A model generated the notes under the pieces. The model ran no database searches. It had not been told where the DNA came from and worked only from the letters and a program-made list of their open reading frames with translations. From positions 2,232,001 to 2,296,000 of the forward strand of contig MU054212.1 of NCBI GenBank assembly GCA_013239625.1: a DNA stretch of 64,000 nucleotides. The letters are read 5' to 3'. This document shows positions 48,011 through 60,900 of the stretch, one piece after another. Within the stretch, counting starts at the first letter, position 1; every line of letters begins with the position of its first letter. The DNA is from Lama guanicoe. Lineage: Eukaryota. A program made the translations under genes and the position numbers.

Positions 48011-50332
48011 ATGTCTGGGGATATTAAGAAACTCACCAAACAACAAACATATTAAATTTACACTGCTACATTAGAAGTGTAGACTTGATTAATTGCTTTC
48101 TGGCAGTCAGTAGCATACCAACTTGGGCAGAGTGAGCAGAAGCAGAGAAAAATCCAGCCAATTTGAATCCCAGTTAATATCAGTCCTGGATGATTGGACC
48201 TGGTCATTTGATGTCTCTGTTTTGCCCAATAAAAGCAAACCTTTCTTTTCCCTGTAGGTGCCATGGCCTGCCTTCATCTGCCCTAAAGTAACAGCCCTGT
48301 CCTGGGCTGCCATGTTAAGATCATCAAAACTTACTTGGTCCTTGTACATCATCACACGGTCCAGGAATGCTGCACCTGTGGCCCAATTTCTACCAAGAAA
48401 TGCAAAAGGACTGGCATGCTATGCTTGAGCAGTACAATGAAGCTTGTCCACCCGGTTTTTATCTAATTTTTTTCTCTACAATTCTTTCTCATTTGGCTTT
48501 TTGTTATGTATTTAGCAGCCCTGGTCTGGTACACCTATCAGCCAGAACACAAGAGGCTATTTCTGTCCACTGATGTGGGGGCATAAGCAAAAGTTTATCT
48601 GAACATTTTAAGGTTAGTGCTTTACTGTGTTTGAGAAGAGCTATATTTTCCACCAAACATGATTACCACAGAAAGAGTTGCATTAAACTGCCGATATGTC
48701 GTAAGTCCCTCACTTCGGAACGGTATTAGGATTAGCAGCCCTGAGGTTGTCATGCGGTAATTAAGGGACTGTGAAATGTTATATAAAGGCTCACAGCTGG
48801 CTGCTGGAGACAGCAAAATTGAAAGGCAGATTGCTATCACCAGGGGAGACCAACTCTTCTAGTCCTGCAGTATTAAGCCCCAGTGCTTGCTGGAAAAGCT
48901 ACAAGTATGGCAGGAGTTAATTTCTGGCCATTGTATGATTCTCATGGTTTTCCTGGGGTGGGTCATAGTCGGGAAAGAATACCATTATCACACTGGGCTG
49001 GGATGGTGTGCGACTTTCTGCCAAGATATGAAATAAATTTGTATCGCCGGTTGAAGTTCTTTTGTCCTGACACCCCTCCATCATCGGTTCTTGCAGGGGA
49101 AATAGGACAGCATTCAGAAGACAAAAGTTCTCTGTGCGCCAGTCCACTGACTTCCCTCAGCCCTCAGACAAATGAAAAGTCACATGGCTGCTTAGGAAGC
49201 GATTATGCTACTTGGAGTTTCCTGCCATTCTCATCGTCACTGGAATCCCCGACAGTGTTATTTAGAAATAAAGGATAATCACTACTGGTCAATTATGTAT
49301 GCGACAGTAAACTGTTTCTGAGAGGGACTAGTAGCCAAAGCAAAACGAAAGCATTTAAAACACTTTCAAAGCTGTCTGTTGAGAGAACTCTATGAAGCTG
49401 TGAAGATCACTGCTATGATGGAGCACACCACCCCGTTAACGCGAGCAGTTTCTGTTCCTGGGGAGGGCGGGGACTTACCCCGTCACGCTCACTCCAGCTA
49501 GCACTGTCTGGGGGCACCACGACAAGCATCAGAGTCAGGTGAATGCCCACTTAGCTTAGGAGTGAACATGGTCATTTTCAGTGTGCAACACATCCCTCCG
49601 GACTATAGTTACCTGCCAGGAAAAAACTCTCAAGGACTTTTTTCCCCTGAGTTTTGATCATTAGTTTTCCCCAGCAGCTGAGCGCCAACTTGAAACTTTA
49701 ACTGAAATGGTCGGGGTGGAGAGTGCAGTTGGGACGGTTGCCTAGATCCTGGGTGAACTGGAAGGCTTTGCTTCCAAATGTAACAGTATCTGGCCACCAT
49801 AAACATAATCATTGAAAATAACGTTGCCGTTTGAATTCTTGACACATATATTCTGAAATAATAACACCTTATAAAACAGTATCTTCAGTTATAAGCCAGC
49901 CCTCCTAACTCCTGTAGATGTATAAAACCATTTATGTCTCAAACTATCGGGCACTCAAACTATTTCCAAATAATCTACTTTGTGCAATGCTTTGCTTTAG
50001 AACATATACAACGAGGCACTCAGTAAATACTTTATGGAGAAGGAGGACAAAATTAATTTTGATTACAAACTCCTCAGGAGTACCAGAAACCACCTTAAAA
50101 TTATTGTACAGAAACCAGCAATCAGTTCAAATATATTTTTGTATGTATTTGAGAGGAATAGGTGTTTAAATCCTCTTTCAAAGTCTATTTTAAAAATATG
50201 AGGCTAGTTATCAAAAACTAAGCTTCATTCTTCCCCCAAATCAAACAAAACAAAACAAAACAAAACAATTCTTTCCATTCTCATGTCTATGAGGTTGGGA
50301 GGAAGAGTAAGTTAGAAAGTGATAGCGTAGAA

Positions 50333-50490
50333 AAGGGGTGACAAATAGGTTTTATCTCATGTGCCAGGTCCACTTAATTAATAGTGCCTAGCTGCAGAGC
50401 TGGGTTAAGAAAGAGTCTGAGTGTCTTGATTATTTAGTGACATCTAGTGTGGGTGGATGAAGGAGGAATGGGATATATTTTCTATGAGTT
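50333..50490. mobile_element. hAT-Charlie MITE (MER117/MER103-like; subfamily uncertain)
   Basis: 'ggggtgacaaataggttttatctcatgtgcca...taatagtgcctagctgcagagctgggttaagaaagagtctgag'. Confidence 0.65.
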
Positions 50491-50829
50491 TGCACGGAAG
50501 GTATTTAGCCTTGAGAATCGTTGCCAAAATGGAAGGCGATTAAGATGTGATTTGCTGCAGACTCAAGTACTCATTCTGAAACATATTTATTTTTCTTCAC
50601 TGTTCATAAGAAAGAGATCAAGATAGAAATTCAAAACAGTAAATTTGTCTGAGTCAAGATCAGAGAATGGCATGCAATGAAAGACCCAGATTCTTCCTAC
50701 AAACATTTTATATGCACTTGGCTGTAAGAGTTAAATATATATGTATACACATAGATGCACGTATGTGTATATGTGTATATACATATGATTTAAAATTTTG
50801 AATTATATGTAATATATATATTTATCAAC

Positions 50830-50925
50830 TAAGGTAGTGGTTAAAGATGACTGCAAATTCTTTGACACTCCCCTGATTGAGAGATAAGATCTATGTGCAC
50901 TGCCCTTGAATCTAGGCATGCCCTT
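50830..50925 (+). mobile_element. MaLR LTR 5' fragment (MLT1E/F-like)
   Basis: 'aaagatgactgcaaattctttgacactcccctgattgagagat...tctatg...cccttgaatctaggc'. Confidence 0.75.
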
Positions 50926-50949
50926 TAAGTCCAAAAAAGAGGTACAGAC

Positions 50950-51232
50950 AATTACAATAGCATGACGATTAGAAGTTCAGGCTCTGGACCCCAGTCTCTG
51001 ATCTGACACTAATTGTGTGTCCTTGAGCAAGGTTTTAAGACAGATGGTACCTATCTAGTTGGTTATTACAATTAAATCTTCAAATATATTTATGATTATT
51101 GCCTTAGGGTGAATTCCTCCAAGTAGCATTTTTGGGCCAAATGATATGCACCCTTTTAGGGATTTTGTTACATTTTGCCAAATCATCTTCTAGAAAGGTA
51201 CTTTCTCATTTATACCTCAAGCAGAAGTTTTT
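50950..51232. mobile_element. MIR fragment (plus) followed by an L1ME-like fragment (minus)
   Basis: 'caggctctggac...tgtgtgtccttgagcaag' and 'ccttagggtgaattcctccaagtagcatttttgggccaaatgatatgcac...ttgccaaat'. Confidence 0.6.
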
Positions 51233-53959
51233 AAAAATAGACATCAGGGTCTTGACTGTCATGGCTTAATCTACTATTTATGCACATGCAAATGGGGTAA
51301 TTTACTCACAAATGTATGAAGATAACAAACAGATTACTTGAGAATTACTAATTTTATTTTACGGCTTGGGAAGAATGTGTACTTACTAAATGATTAGTGT
51401 AAGTGCATCAGGGATGAAGTTCAGTCATAAAATTAGGTATGGAAGAAAGATAACCTTATCCTTTTCCTATACCTTAGCTTCATTTCTGTGTCTGAGTCTA
51501 TTTTTCTCCACTGGTAGGAAAATAAACCCGATTTCTTCAGAGAGTTTGCACTGAAGTCTTGTGCAGAGACAAGACTTGGGTGGTGAGAGCTGGGGTGTTG
51601 CTTCTTGTGCCTCAATTCTCCATCTAGACAGGTGGCACACTTCCTGTCTCCAATGGCTGCTGTGGTCCCGTGACTTGTGCCTTCAGTGCCATGCTTGGGG
51701 CACGTGTTTCCTTGCCATACAGCCACCTCTCTCTAGGGACTTGCTACTGCTCTAACCTCAGGGCCTGCAGACTCTCCGTATCTCCGCTTTTATGTCTCTC
51801 TCTATTTCTCTTACTCCATTACACTCAAAAATCCCCCTTTGAGGACTGAAGCTTTTAACCTCATTAAAAAGAAAGCCTTGGAGATCATTTCTGTTTTCCA
51901 CCCCATCCAACCATGGGTTCAGTGACCTGAGGGCGAATAAACTGAGCTGGCAGAAACCACAGACGTCCTCTGCATTGAGGGACCTGAGTTCTAATGGCTA
52001 GTAAGCAGTGCACCTGGACTCTGGTTCAGAACTCCATTCTCAAACTGGCCTCCTGAGGGGTTCTGTAAACGAACACGATTTCCCCAGTGATGGCCTTTCA
52101 CCTGGCAGCAGTTTAGAAACCAGAAGACTCAGCCCAAACAGAAGTGGCACAATGTAACCAACTGACAGCACCATTATGGGCGGCTGCTAACATGAAGCAT
52201 GAAGCATTTGCCCACACAATTCTCAGTTATCTCTACAAATGATGTCATGGAGAATCCTGACACATGGCTGGGAGAGCAGACCTCATAACTTTCATCCCTT
52301 CTGCCCTGGAACCTGTACACAAAGCTGATAAACTACTCTGCCCCAGTGTAGTGTGGCTGATTTGAGCATGGTCTCCTCCGCTGTCCCTGCCGCCGTCTCT
52401 GGTGGAAGTGCTAATGACAGGGAAATGGTCAGCAGCGGGAGGGAAAGGGGAAGGCAGGAAGAAGCCACATGATGGTGCAAAAGGCAATAATTAACCCTCA
52501 GATAGTCGCAATCTGAAATAACTCAAAATTGACTCACTTTAAGAGGTGGCTCTCTAGAGGGCTAAGGTTTCTGAACACGAAGTAGGGGGAGGACAGCATC
52601 AGGGTTAGCAGCAAAGGGCTGTGAACATCTCTGCAGTGACAACCCTCCATCAGCGGGTGTCCCAGAGTTTGTCTTTCTGCCCTCCCACACTGCCCCCACC
52701 CCGCACACCTGAGCATTCACGGCACAGAGAGTCGTGCAGTTAAATAATGACTGGAGATTGTGTCTATAAAGCCGGAGAGAAACAGGTGTCATCTTCTACT
52801 GCAGCTTTGCTTTAGGAGGACCTGGCACAGAGAAGCATCACACAGTAGGCAGCAGCCTTCATCTCGGAATTAACCTGCGGAATCAAATGCTTCTGCTCGC
52901 TCCTGGCTGGTTCACACCCTCTCCTCTCATTCCTGAAGGAATTAGCCCAGCTCTGACTAGGTGCTATGCTGTTTCATATGGACCACCTAACAAAGGATAC
53001 AAAAAAATGTCACGCTCTGCATTAAAGCAGGGGCTCACGCTGCTATCTTGCGACCTTTGCAGCCTCAGTTTGAAATGCAGCTTCCTTATTCTGTACACAG
53101 CACGGCTGGTGTATTGCAAGAGCCGGTAGATCAGATCCCCCACGACTCCCTGCCGTCTCTTTTTAGTTTCAAAACCCTTCCTAAATAGAATTGAATTAAA
53201 AGAAAGTGCTGGTTTGCTCTTTTTCCAAGAAGGGAGAAGGATGAAGGTCTTTGGAAACCAGTTCAGATGAGTTTGAATACAATTAAACAGGTGGCTCCTA
53301 TGTGCCTGCCTTTCGCAGTTCTCAGGTTTCTTTTTTAAACTCAGTGTTGCTTAGTTCCAACCGATGTGAATAGAGTGAAACAGAGACTGAAAGGCAGTAA
53401 GATTCGTTACTTTCTGGTAATGCCCAAGTGATTCTTAGAAAAGCCACTCTAGTATCACAGCGCTCTCAATTAATATGTATCGACCTTGAAAACTATTTGA
53501 AAAATCTATACTTAACAGCAATAATATTGATGCCTCTCTCTGTATCTTTTTTTAAAAAGTGATCCACTTATAGAAAAGGCACATGACTTGACATTGCTTC
53601 TCGGTCTTCACAAGGTCAGGCTCACAAGATACAGGGAATAGAAGTCTGTTGCTGCAGCTCACTGACCCAGGTAGGGATTAGCTTCCTAAAAAACTCCAGG
53701 TGCTATCCCTGAATAGAGAAGAGAACTGGCACCTGCCTTGGCCAGTCTGACCAGGTCATACCAATGAACAGCCTTTTTCAAAAGCTTCTGAACACCCACT
53801 GTGTTCAAACCACTAGACTCACCACTTCAGGGAAAGTACGTACTATCACGGGTGTAGACACATTCTTTGTGTTTCAGAGTAGGTTTCCTAGCATTATTTA
53901 TTCATGTCACATGACATGCATTGCTAGTCATGAGGATCATTCGCTGAAAAACAAGACAA

Positions 53960-54140
53960 AAGGACATAAGACTGTGAAGCTGATCCAGGTTTGAGCCCCA
54001 GTCCAATCGCCTCATCAGCTCCATGGCCAAGTTTGAGTTTTAGTTTCCATATCTGTGACTTGAGACTAAAAATCCCAAGCTTCTTCCTTCACAGGATTGT
54101 TGGGGTCATAAAAATAGGATCACAAAAATTGTGACAAATT
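53960..54140 (+). mobile_element. MIR SINE
   Basis: 'ccaggtttgagccccag...agtttccatatctgtg...cttcacaggattgttgggg'. Confidence 0.7.
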
Positions 54141-55490
54141 ATTGCTCCGTGGCTTTTTTTCTCCACCGCCAAATCCCAGTACCTCGAGTTTCTCCAAAAA
54201 TCTTTCTGAGACCCCCCAGAGGGGAAGGGGCTCCCATGTGTTTCTTGGCCTTTTGGGTTCTCTGTGACACCCACCTTCTTCTCCTACCTCTACTGCGCAT
54301 ACTTACAGACTCACAAACACAAACCACAAATGCACAGATCCTGGTAGGACACCTTGAAAAGCCTAGTATGTTTTAAGTCTTACTGTGTCCATTGCAGGCA
54401 CCCAGACATGGCTGTTCCAGTGGGGAAATCCCTCCTACACTCTCAGGTGAACGTGTTACATTCTCCTTATTGTCAAGTGGCTCTGTTTCAGTCTGTGCTT
54501 TTACAATTAGAACAGCTGTATCTTCACATCTCTAAATCCCACCTCTGCCATTTCAAATTTGTTGTAAAAGAAATAGACAAAGAGTAGTGCAAATTAGGAG
54601 AATGCACTTGGCACCACACAGGCAATAAGCAAAAAAGATTTCAGAAGTTTGGACCAACCAACGTTCAACCATTAGACTAGATATTCCAGGTGATCTACAG
54701 GTAAGAAATGAGAAATTTAAGGAGTTACTGACTTTTCACAGAGGATGAGCTGCAAGCACTTTGGCACAGGTGTTTCTGTACCAATGATATCTTAACGAAG
54801 TGCACGTTCAATGGCCTTAAATATCCTTTCCTGTCACTGCAGCATGAGCATTCACATCCTGGATCTTAATACAAAGGTATGAAACGGTATATTGTCTGCT
54901 ACAAAATTATATTTACTGCGACTACTTTGTTATAACATATAAATCATTACCTTGTAGGTAAATCATTCATTGTTCTTACTCATGGGTGACAAATTATTTT
55001 ACCATTCAGACCAATGAAATTAGTCTGAGTCCTAATATGCTTCTAAGAACATATTCTAAGAATCTCATTGCATTCAGCCCCAGTTTAAGAAGAGGAGTTT
55101 TTAAAATAGGTGGCGGGTTCGATTGGGCGCACAGGCTAGTTTGCTGATTCCTGTGTTTGAGTATTAGAGGGATTCTCATAGTAATATTTAGGAGTAACTC
55201 AGAAATAGTCAGAAACATCCAGACCTGCTTATTCAAACAGTAACTTTTTGCTGCAAAGCTATCCTATGTTCCAAGTAGACAATCTAGCTATGTAAAAGTA
55301 AAGAGATATTTTTAATTTAACCGCTCAGAAAATAAAACAGGGCTCATATTCCATCCCTTTTTCTGTTTTTAAAGTGATTGTTATTATACGTATTGCTTTA
55401 AAAGATATCATCATCACATAAGTAAAACATAGTAACCGTTTTCTCCTGCCATTTAATTTTATACAAATATCACTAATAACAGATGTAAGG

Positions 55491-55696
55491 CAGTTAAATG
55501 CTGGCAGAGGTTAATCAACCAGCTCTCTGAGGGATGAAAACGGCCTGGGTTTGTAACATTTTCTGATTTCCACGATAAACACTCACACCGCAGTTGATTT
55601 CAAGCTACCAACATGTCAACGACGGTTTCTAAAATTCCCGAAGCCTTAACAGTTGGCACTTGCAAGCCAGTATAAGCCGACTCTGGAAACTCACTG
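55491..55696 (-). mobile_element. hAT-Blackjack MITE (MER63-like)
   Basis: TIR-like ends 'cagttaaatgctgg' and 'ctggaaactcactg'. Internal 'gatttcaagctaccaac...aaaattcccgaa...ttaacagttggcacttgcaagccagtataagccgactc'. Confidence 0.8.
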
Positions 55697-55699
55697 ACA

Positions 55700-56613
55700 G
55701 TATTCCACGTGTACACCACAAATTATTCACCAACCCCTCATTTTTGGACATGAAGGTTACTTCTGCTTTGTGTTGTTAGTAACAATAATGTAATAAACAT
55801 AGGTAAGTCTCTGTCCAGATTGTCATTTTCCTTCAGTTTCCTAAAACTGGAGGTTCTGGGTCAAAACTATGCAGTCTTTGAAGTGTATTCTAGGCCTTTA
55901 AAATGTGTTTTTAAGATGCTCATGTAGAAACTCCTTGTAGTAACAAATGAGAATATTAATTTCACTGAAATCCCTGCCACAACTGAGTATTTGAAACAAT
56001 TATTCACCAAGGTGATAAGCTCCAAAGGTCATCTTATTATTTTAAATTTTCACTTATTGATTTTAAAGATTTAATTTTCCAGTGTCTATTGTATAATTAT
56101 ATTTTTTTGTGTAAATTTTGCTGAAGTATTTGTCATGGTTTTATTGTAAGATATGTTAACTGATATTTGAGATGTTAACTTTGGGATACAAATCCTTTTT
56201 CTGCCAAATGTTGCAATTTTTTTTCCATTTTAGGCATTTTTCTTTTAATTTAATTTATAAAGATTTTGATTTACAGAATTTTTACATTTAAATGTACTTG
56301 ACACTATCAGTTTTTTCCTTTGATTTCTCCCTTTGATGTCATACTTAGGCCTTCTTCTTCCCCAAGAGTATAAATATTTTATAGTTTTATGATACATATT
56401 ATAGACATATTTATCAATAATTTTCTAGTACACTTTCTAGTTTCACTTTTTTTAGTTAAATATTTAATTCTTCTGGAATTTGTTTGGCAGGTGGAGTAGA
56501 GATTTGATTTTTTTATCCAAATCAGTCTCAAAAACCAATTACTGAGCAATTAATCATTTAAAGAGTAGTTGGAAATATCTCTTTAATTATATATTTATTT
56601 CTTATATACTTTG
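55700..56613 (-). mobile_element. Very decayed L1 (L1ME-like) ORF2/3' region
   Basis: 'tattccac...accac...ttggacatgaaggttacttc', 'ttctgggtcaaa', 'tttaattcttctggaattt'. Confidence 0.6.
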
Positions 56614-56628
56614 AAGTATTGTCTTTGC

Positions 56629-56898
56629 TTGTACATTGGACTATTTTTTTGCTATTGAGTTGTATGAGTTCATGGTGACTATAGTTAACAGCAATGTATT
56701 ATATATTTGAAAGTTGCTAAGAGAGTAGATCTTAAAAGTTTTTATCACAGGAAAAAATTGTAACTATGCAAGCTAATGGATATTAACTAAATTTATCATG
56801 GTGATCGTTTCATAATATATACATATATTAAATTATGTTATACATCTTAAACTTATGCAATGTTATATGTCAATTATATATCAATAAAACTGGAAAAA
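56629..56898 (+). mobile_element. L1MA9-like 3' end with a short 5' inversion and TSD
   Basis: Sense 3' UTR 'catggtgactatagttaa...gaaagttgctaagagagtagatcttaaaagtt...atgtcaattatatcaataaaactggaaaaa'. It is preceded by antisense L1 'ttttttgctattgagttgtatgagtt'. TSD aagtattgtctttgc (56614-56628) and aaatattgtctttgc (56896-56910). Confidence 0.88.
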
Positions 56899-57569
56899 TA
56901 TTGTCTTTGCATTTAGGAATATAGTACATATTCAGTTTTGTGCTGGCATGTTCTTTTTTATTAAAGGTAGTATGAGGTGGTAAAATATCAGATCTATATT
57001 AAAATAGTTATCATAAATAGTTTATCATAAAAAGAGAAAAATATGAATATAAATGTTATACCTCAGCCCAGTGAAACCACTTTTAATTAAATATTCCTAA
57101 CCCTCCCTATTCTGACATTGACCTCTGTCCTTTATTCTTAAGAAAGTGGTACTTTTTTTTTTCTCCTGTGATTTCTTAATGCTAGTCCAGAATTTTAAGT
57201 GAGACATTTCCAAATCTCTGAACACTTACAGGAACAAATCATGAGAGTTGAATTTTGTAAATCTTGTCACTCTTAGTGAAACACTACTTTTTTCACGTAT
57301 GAATGTTTCAAGTGAAATTTTTAAAAATTTAATAAACAATATTTAATATCAAGTATAAAGAGCAACAGTCTACAATAGAATGAGAGGTCCTTATTCCCTG
57401 CAATCTTCATTATAAGACATTGTTGTGGCCCTGGGCAGACTCTGACTCCCCGACAAAAGAGCAATGGCAGCAGATGAGTAAGACCAACATCTGACTTTCC
57501 TCATCCATTGACAGGTAGATAGTGATACCGTTTGATAAAGGAAGAAGAATAAGACAGACAACCTTCAGT

Positions 57570-57765
57570 AAAATCCAGACTCTTCCGCTTGCTGTTGCAG
57601 AACTTTTAGTAAGTTATTCAATCTCTCAATGCCTTAATTTCTTCATCTGTATAATAGGAATAACAGTATCTTGAGATCACAGTGAGAAATGAATCTGTTA
57701 CTCTATGTGGAGAAGTGTCTAGCAAAATGCATGCTATATGAAAATCACTCAGTAAATGTTATTTC
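57570..57765 (+). mobile_element. MIR SINE
   Basis: 'aatccagactcttccgcttgctg...aagttattcaatctctcaatgccttaatttcttcatctgtataataggaataacagta'. Confidence 0.8.
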
Positions 57766-57997
57766 TTTTCCCTTTCACCTCTTAAACATAACTGCAAGCT
57801 GCTACTGGTCTTTGGGGTAAACAGTCCACTGTCTTGCTATCAGAAGCACTACAGGGAAGAGTTTATGCCCGCTTCCTGATAATTTTCACCTAATATCCTA
57901 TCATTGTGAAAATTTGCTCAGCCTTTCCTGTGTTGTTTGTATACCGCCAGATATAGTCTGTGCACTGACTAGATTTGTTGCAATTCCTTTCTTTGTG

Positions 57998-60900
57998 GTT
58001 TTTTTTTAAATATACACAGTAAAACCCACTCTTTGTGGTATGTATTTCTACAGGTCTTGACAAATATATTGCTTTGTAGCCACCACCACAATCATGCTAC
58101 AAAACAGTTCTACTACTCCCAATGCTCCCTAGCACTGTCCCTTTGTAGTCAGCCCCACCTCCTGCCTGAATCTTTAGAAACCACTGATCTGCTCTCTGTC
58201 CCTACAGTTTTGTTTCTTCCAAAATGTCATATAAAGGGAATCATATATTATCTGAAACTTAGGTCTAGCTTCTCTCTTGTAACAAAGTTATTTGAGATTT
58301 ATCAATGCAATTGTGTATATCAATAATTTCTTTCTTTTCACTGGCCAAGTAGTTTTCCACTGTTTGGATGTATCACGGTTAATCCATTCATCAATTGAAA
58401 GATACTTAAGTTGTTTCCAGTTTTTAGCAATTATTAATGAAGTTGCTATAAGCATATCAATACAGGTTGTTAAGGCCATTCATCTTCATTCCTTATGGGT
58501 AAGTACCTGGCAGTGGCATTGCTGCATCATAAGGTAAGCACATGTATGCTTTACTTTATAAGAAACTACTAAATTATTTTCCAAAATTACTATACCACTT
58601 TTGCATTTATACCAACATTGTATGAGAACTCTAACCACTCTGATTCCTTGCCAGTACTTGGTGTTAAGTATGGTCAGATTTCTTGTTTTGTTTTTACTAT
58701 TTTAATAGGTATTTAGTGACAGTTAATTGTAGTTTTAATTTTTATTTCCCTGGTGACTAACAAAGTTGAGATTTTTAAAATGTGCTCGTTTGCCATCTGT
58801 ATATCTTTTCTGGGAAAGTTTTCAAATCTTTAGCCCAATTTAATGGGTTGAATTTTAAGAGTTTTTAAAAAATATATTCTGGATACAAGTCTCTTAAGAG
58901 AAACATGATAAGCAAAAAAAAGAGAGTCCCAGTCTCCAGCATGCATTTTTATTTTATTAACATGATCCTTGGTAGAGCAACAATTTAAAACTTTGTAAAG
59001 TCCAATTTATTAATTTTTATCTTCTGGCTCAGGTTTTTCACACCTACCTAAGAACTTTTTGCCTTAGTTCACAAAAATCCAAGGTCACAAAGATTTTTTT
59101 TACATTTTATTCCAGAAATCTGAGAGTTTTATGTTTTATATTTAGATCTTTAATCTATTTTGGGTTAATTTTTGCATAAAGTATGAGATACGGGTCAAGC
59201 TTCATTTTTCTTTTTGCATGTTGACATCTAATTAATTGCTTTAGCACCATTTCTTGAAAAGACTATTCCATTTCCATAGAATTTCTTTACACCTTTGTCA
59301 AAAATCAGTTAATTTGAGATCCTGTTTATTTATAAGTGTTTAATTCCATGAATTATGATCAAAAACTGTTCTGGCTGTATTCCACAAATTTTGATATATT
59401 ACATTTTAATTTTTTCCAATTCAAAATACATTTAAATTTTGCTTTGACTTTTAGGTTACTTAAATGTGTGCTGTTTAATTTTGAGATATTTGAGTATTTT
59501 CAGATATAGTTCTCTTATTGATTTCTAGTTTAATTCAGTTGTGATTAAAAACATAATCTGCATGATTTATATCCTTTTAAGTGTATTAAAATTTGTTTTA
59601 TTTATGATTTGAAATAATTTATATTGATGAATGGTCCATGTACATTCGAGATGAATGTAAGTTGTGGTGTTGTTGCTGGAGTGTTCTATAAACGTCAGTT
59701 AGGTCACATAGGTTAATACTCTTGTTCAGGGCTCCTATATCCTTGCTCACTTTTAGTCTACTTTTTAAATCGATTACTAAGAAGTCTTGAAGTCTACAAC
59801 AATTGTGTATTTGTTTAGTTTTCCTTTTTGATCTATCCGTTTTTCTTTATGCATTCTGAAGCTCTGTTGTGAGGTGTGCACACTTTTAGGATTTAATGTG
59901 TTCTTGGATAACTTAACGTCTTTATTATTCATGTAATGTCCTTCATTTATTCCAAGTAGTATTTCTTGATTTGAGGTCTATTTTATTGGACATTAATTAG
60001 CAACTATACTTTTCTTTTGATTAGAGTTTGCATGGTATATTTTTTGCACTCTTACTTAACCAATCTATGTCTTTATATTTAAAGCAGTTTCTTGCATATA
60101 GCATATCCTTTGGGTCTTTATTTTTTTCCCAGTGGGTTTTATTTTTTAAGCCAATTTGACAGTCTTTGTCTTCTAGTTGTGTTTAGACTGTGAACATTTA
60201 TGTGATTGTTGATATCACTGGATTAAAATCCACAACCTTGTTATCTGTTTTCTATTTGTTTCACATGGTCTTTCTTTTTTCTTTCTTTTCTCCTTTCTTT
60301 TGTTTAATTGAGCATTTTTTTATGATTCTATGCCATTTTCATGATTAATATATTATTTTATTCCTCTAAAAATGTCTAGAAATTGCTCTAGGATTTAAAA
60401 ATTACATAATTAATTAATTTAATTAGAATCTACTTTAAAATATTATAATGCTTCACATGTAGTACATCGATATTACAACAGTATATTCTCAATTCCTCTT
60501 TCCCAATCTTTCTACTATTATTGTTGTTATCATGTATTTTGCTTTTAGATATGGTATAAACAAAGTGCATTGCCATTACTTTTATTTTAGAAATTCATTT
60601 AACTTTTAGAGTAATTAAGAATAATTAAAATGAATGTTGTTATTACTTTCATCAAGTCCATTTCTGGCACTCTTCATTTCTTTGTGTAAATCCAAACTTC
60701 TGCCTGCTATCAAATTCCTTTTGACTGAACAGTTTCTTGTTAACCTTTCTTATAGGGTAAGTTTGCTGGAAATTAATTCCCTCAATTTTTGTTTTATTGA
60801 GAGTCTTTATTTCTGCTTTATGTTTTATTCTGCTTTTATTTTCTCTGAGTATAGACTCTAAATTGACAGATTTCCCCCACCTTTCAGCACTTCAAGGATG

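Noticed and set aside
50735..50790. Self-complementary TA/CA/TG stretch as a structured RNA
   Set aside because: It is a degenerate alternating purine-pyrimidine microsatellite.
54398..54446. Plus-strand 49-nt exon candidate
   Set aside because: The donor (GTGAAC) is weak, and no frame gives a recognisable peptide.
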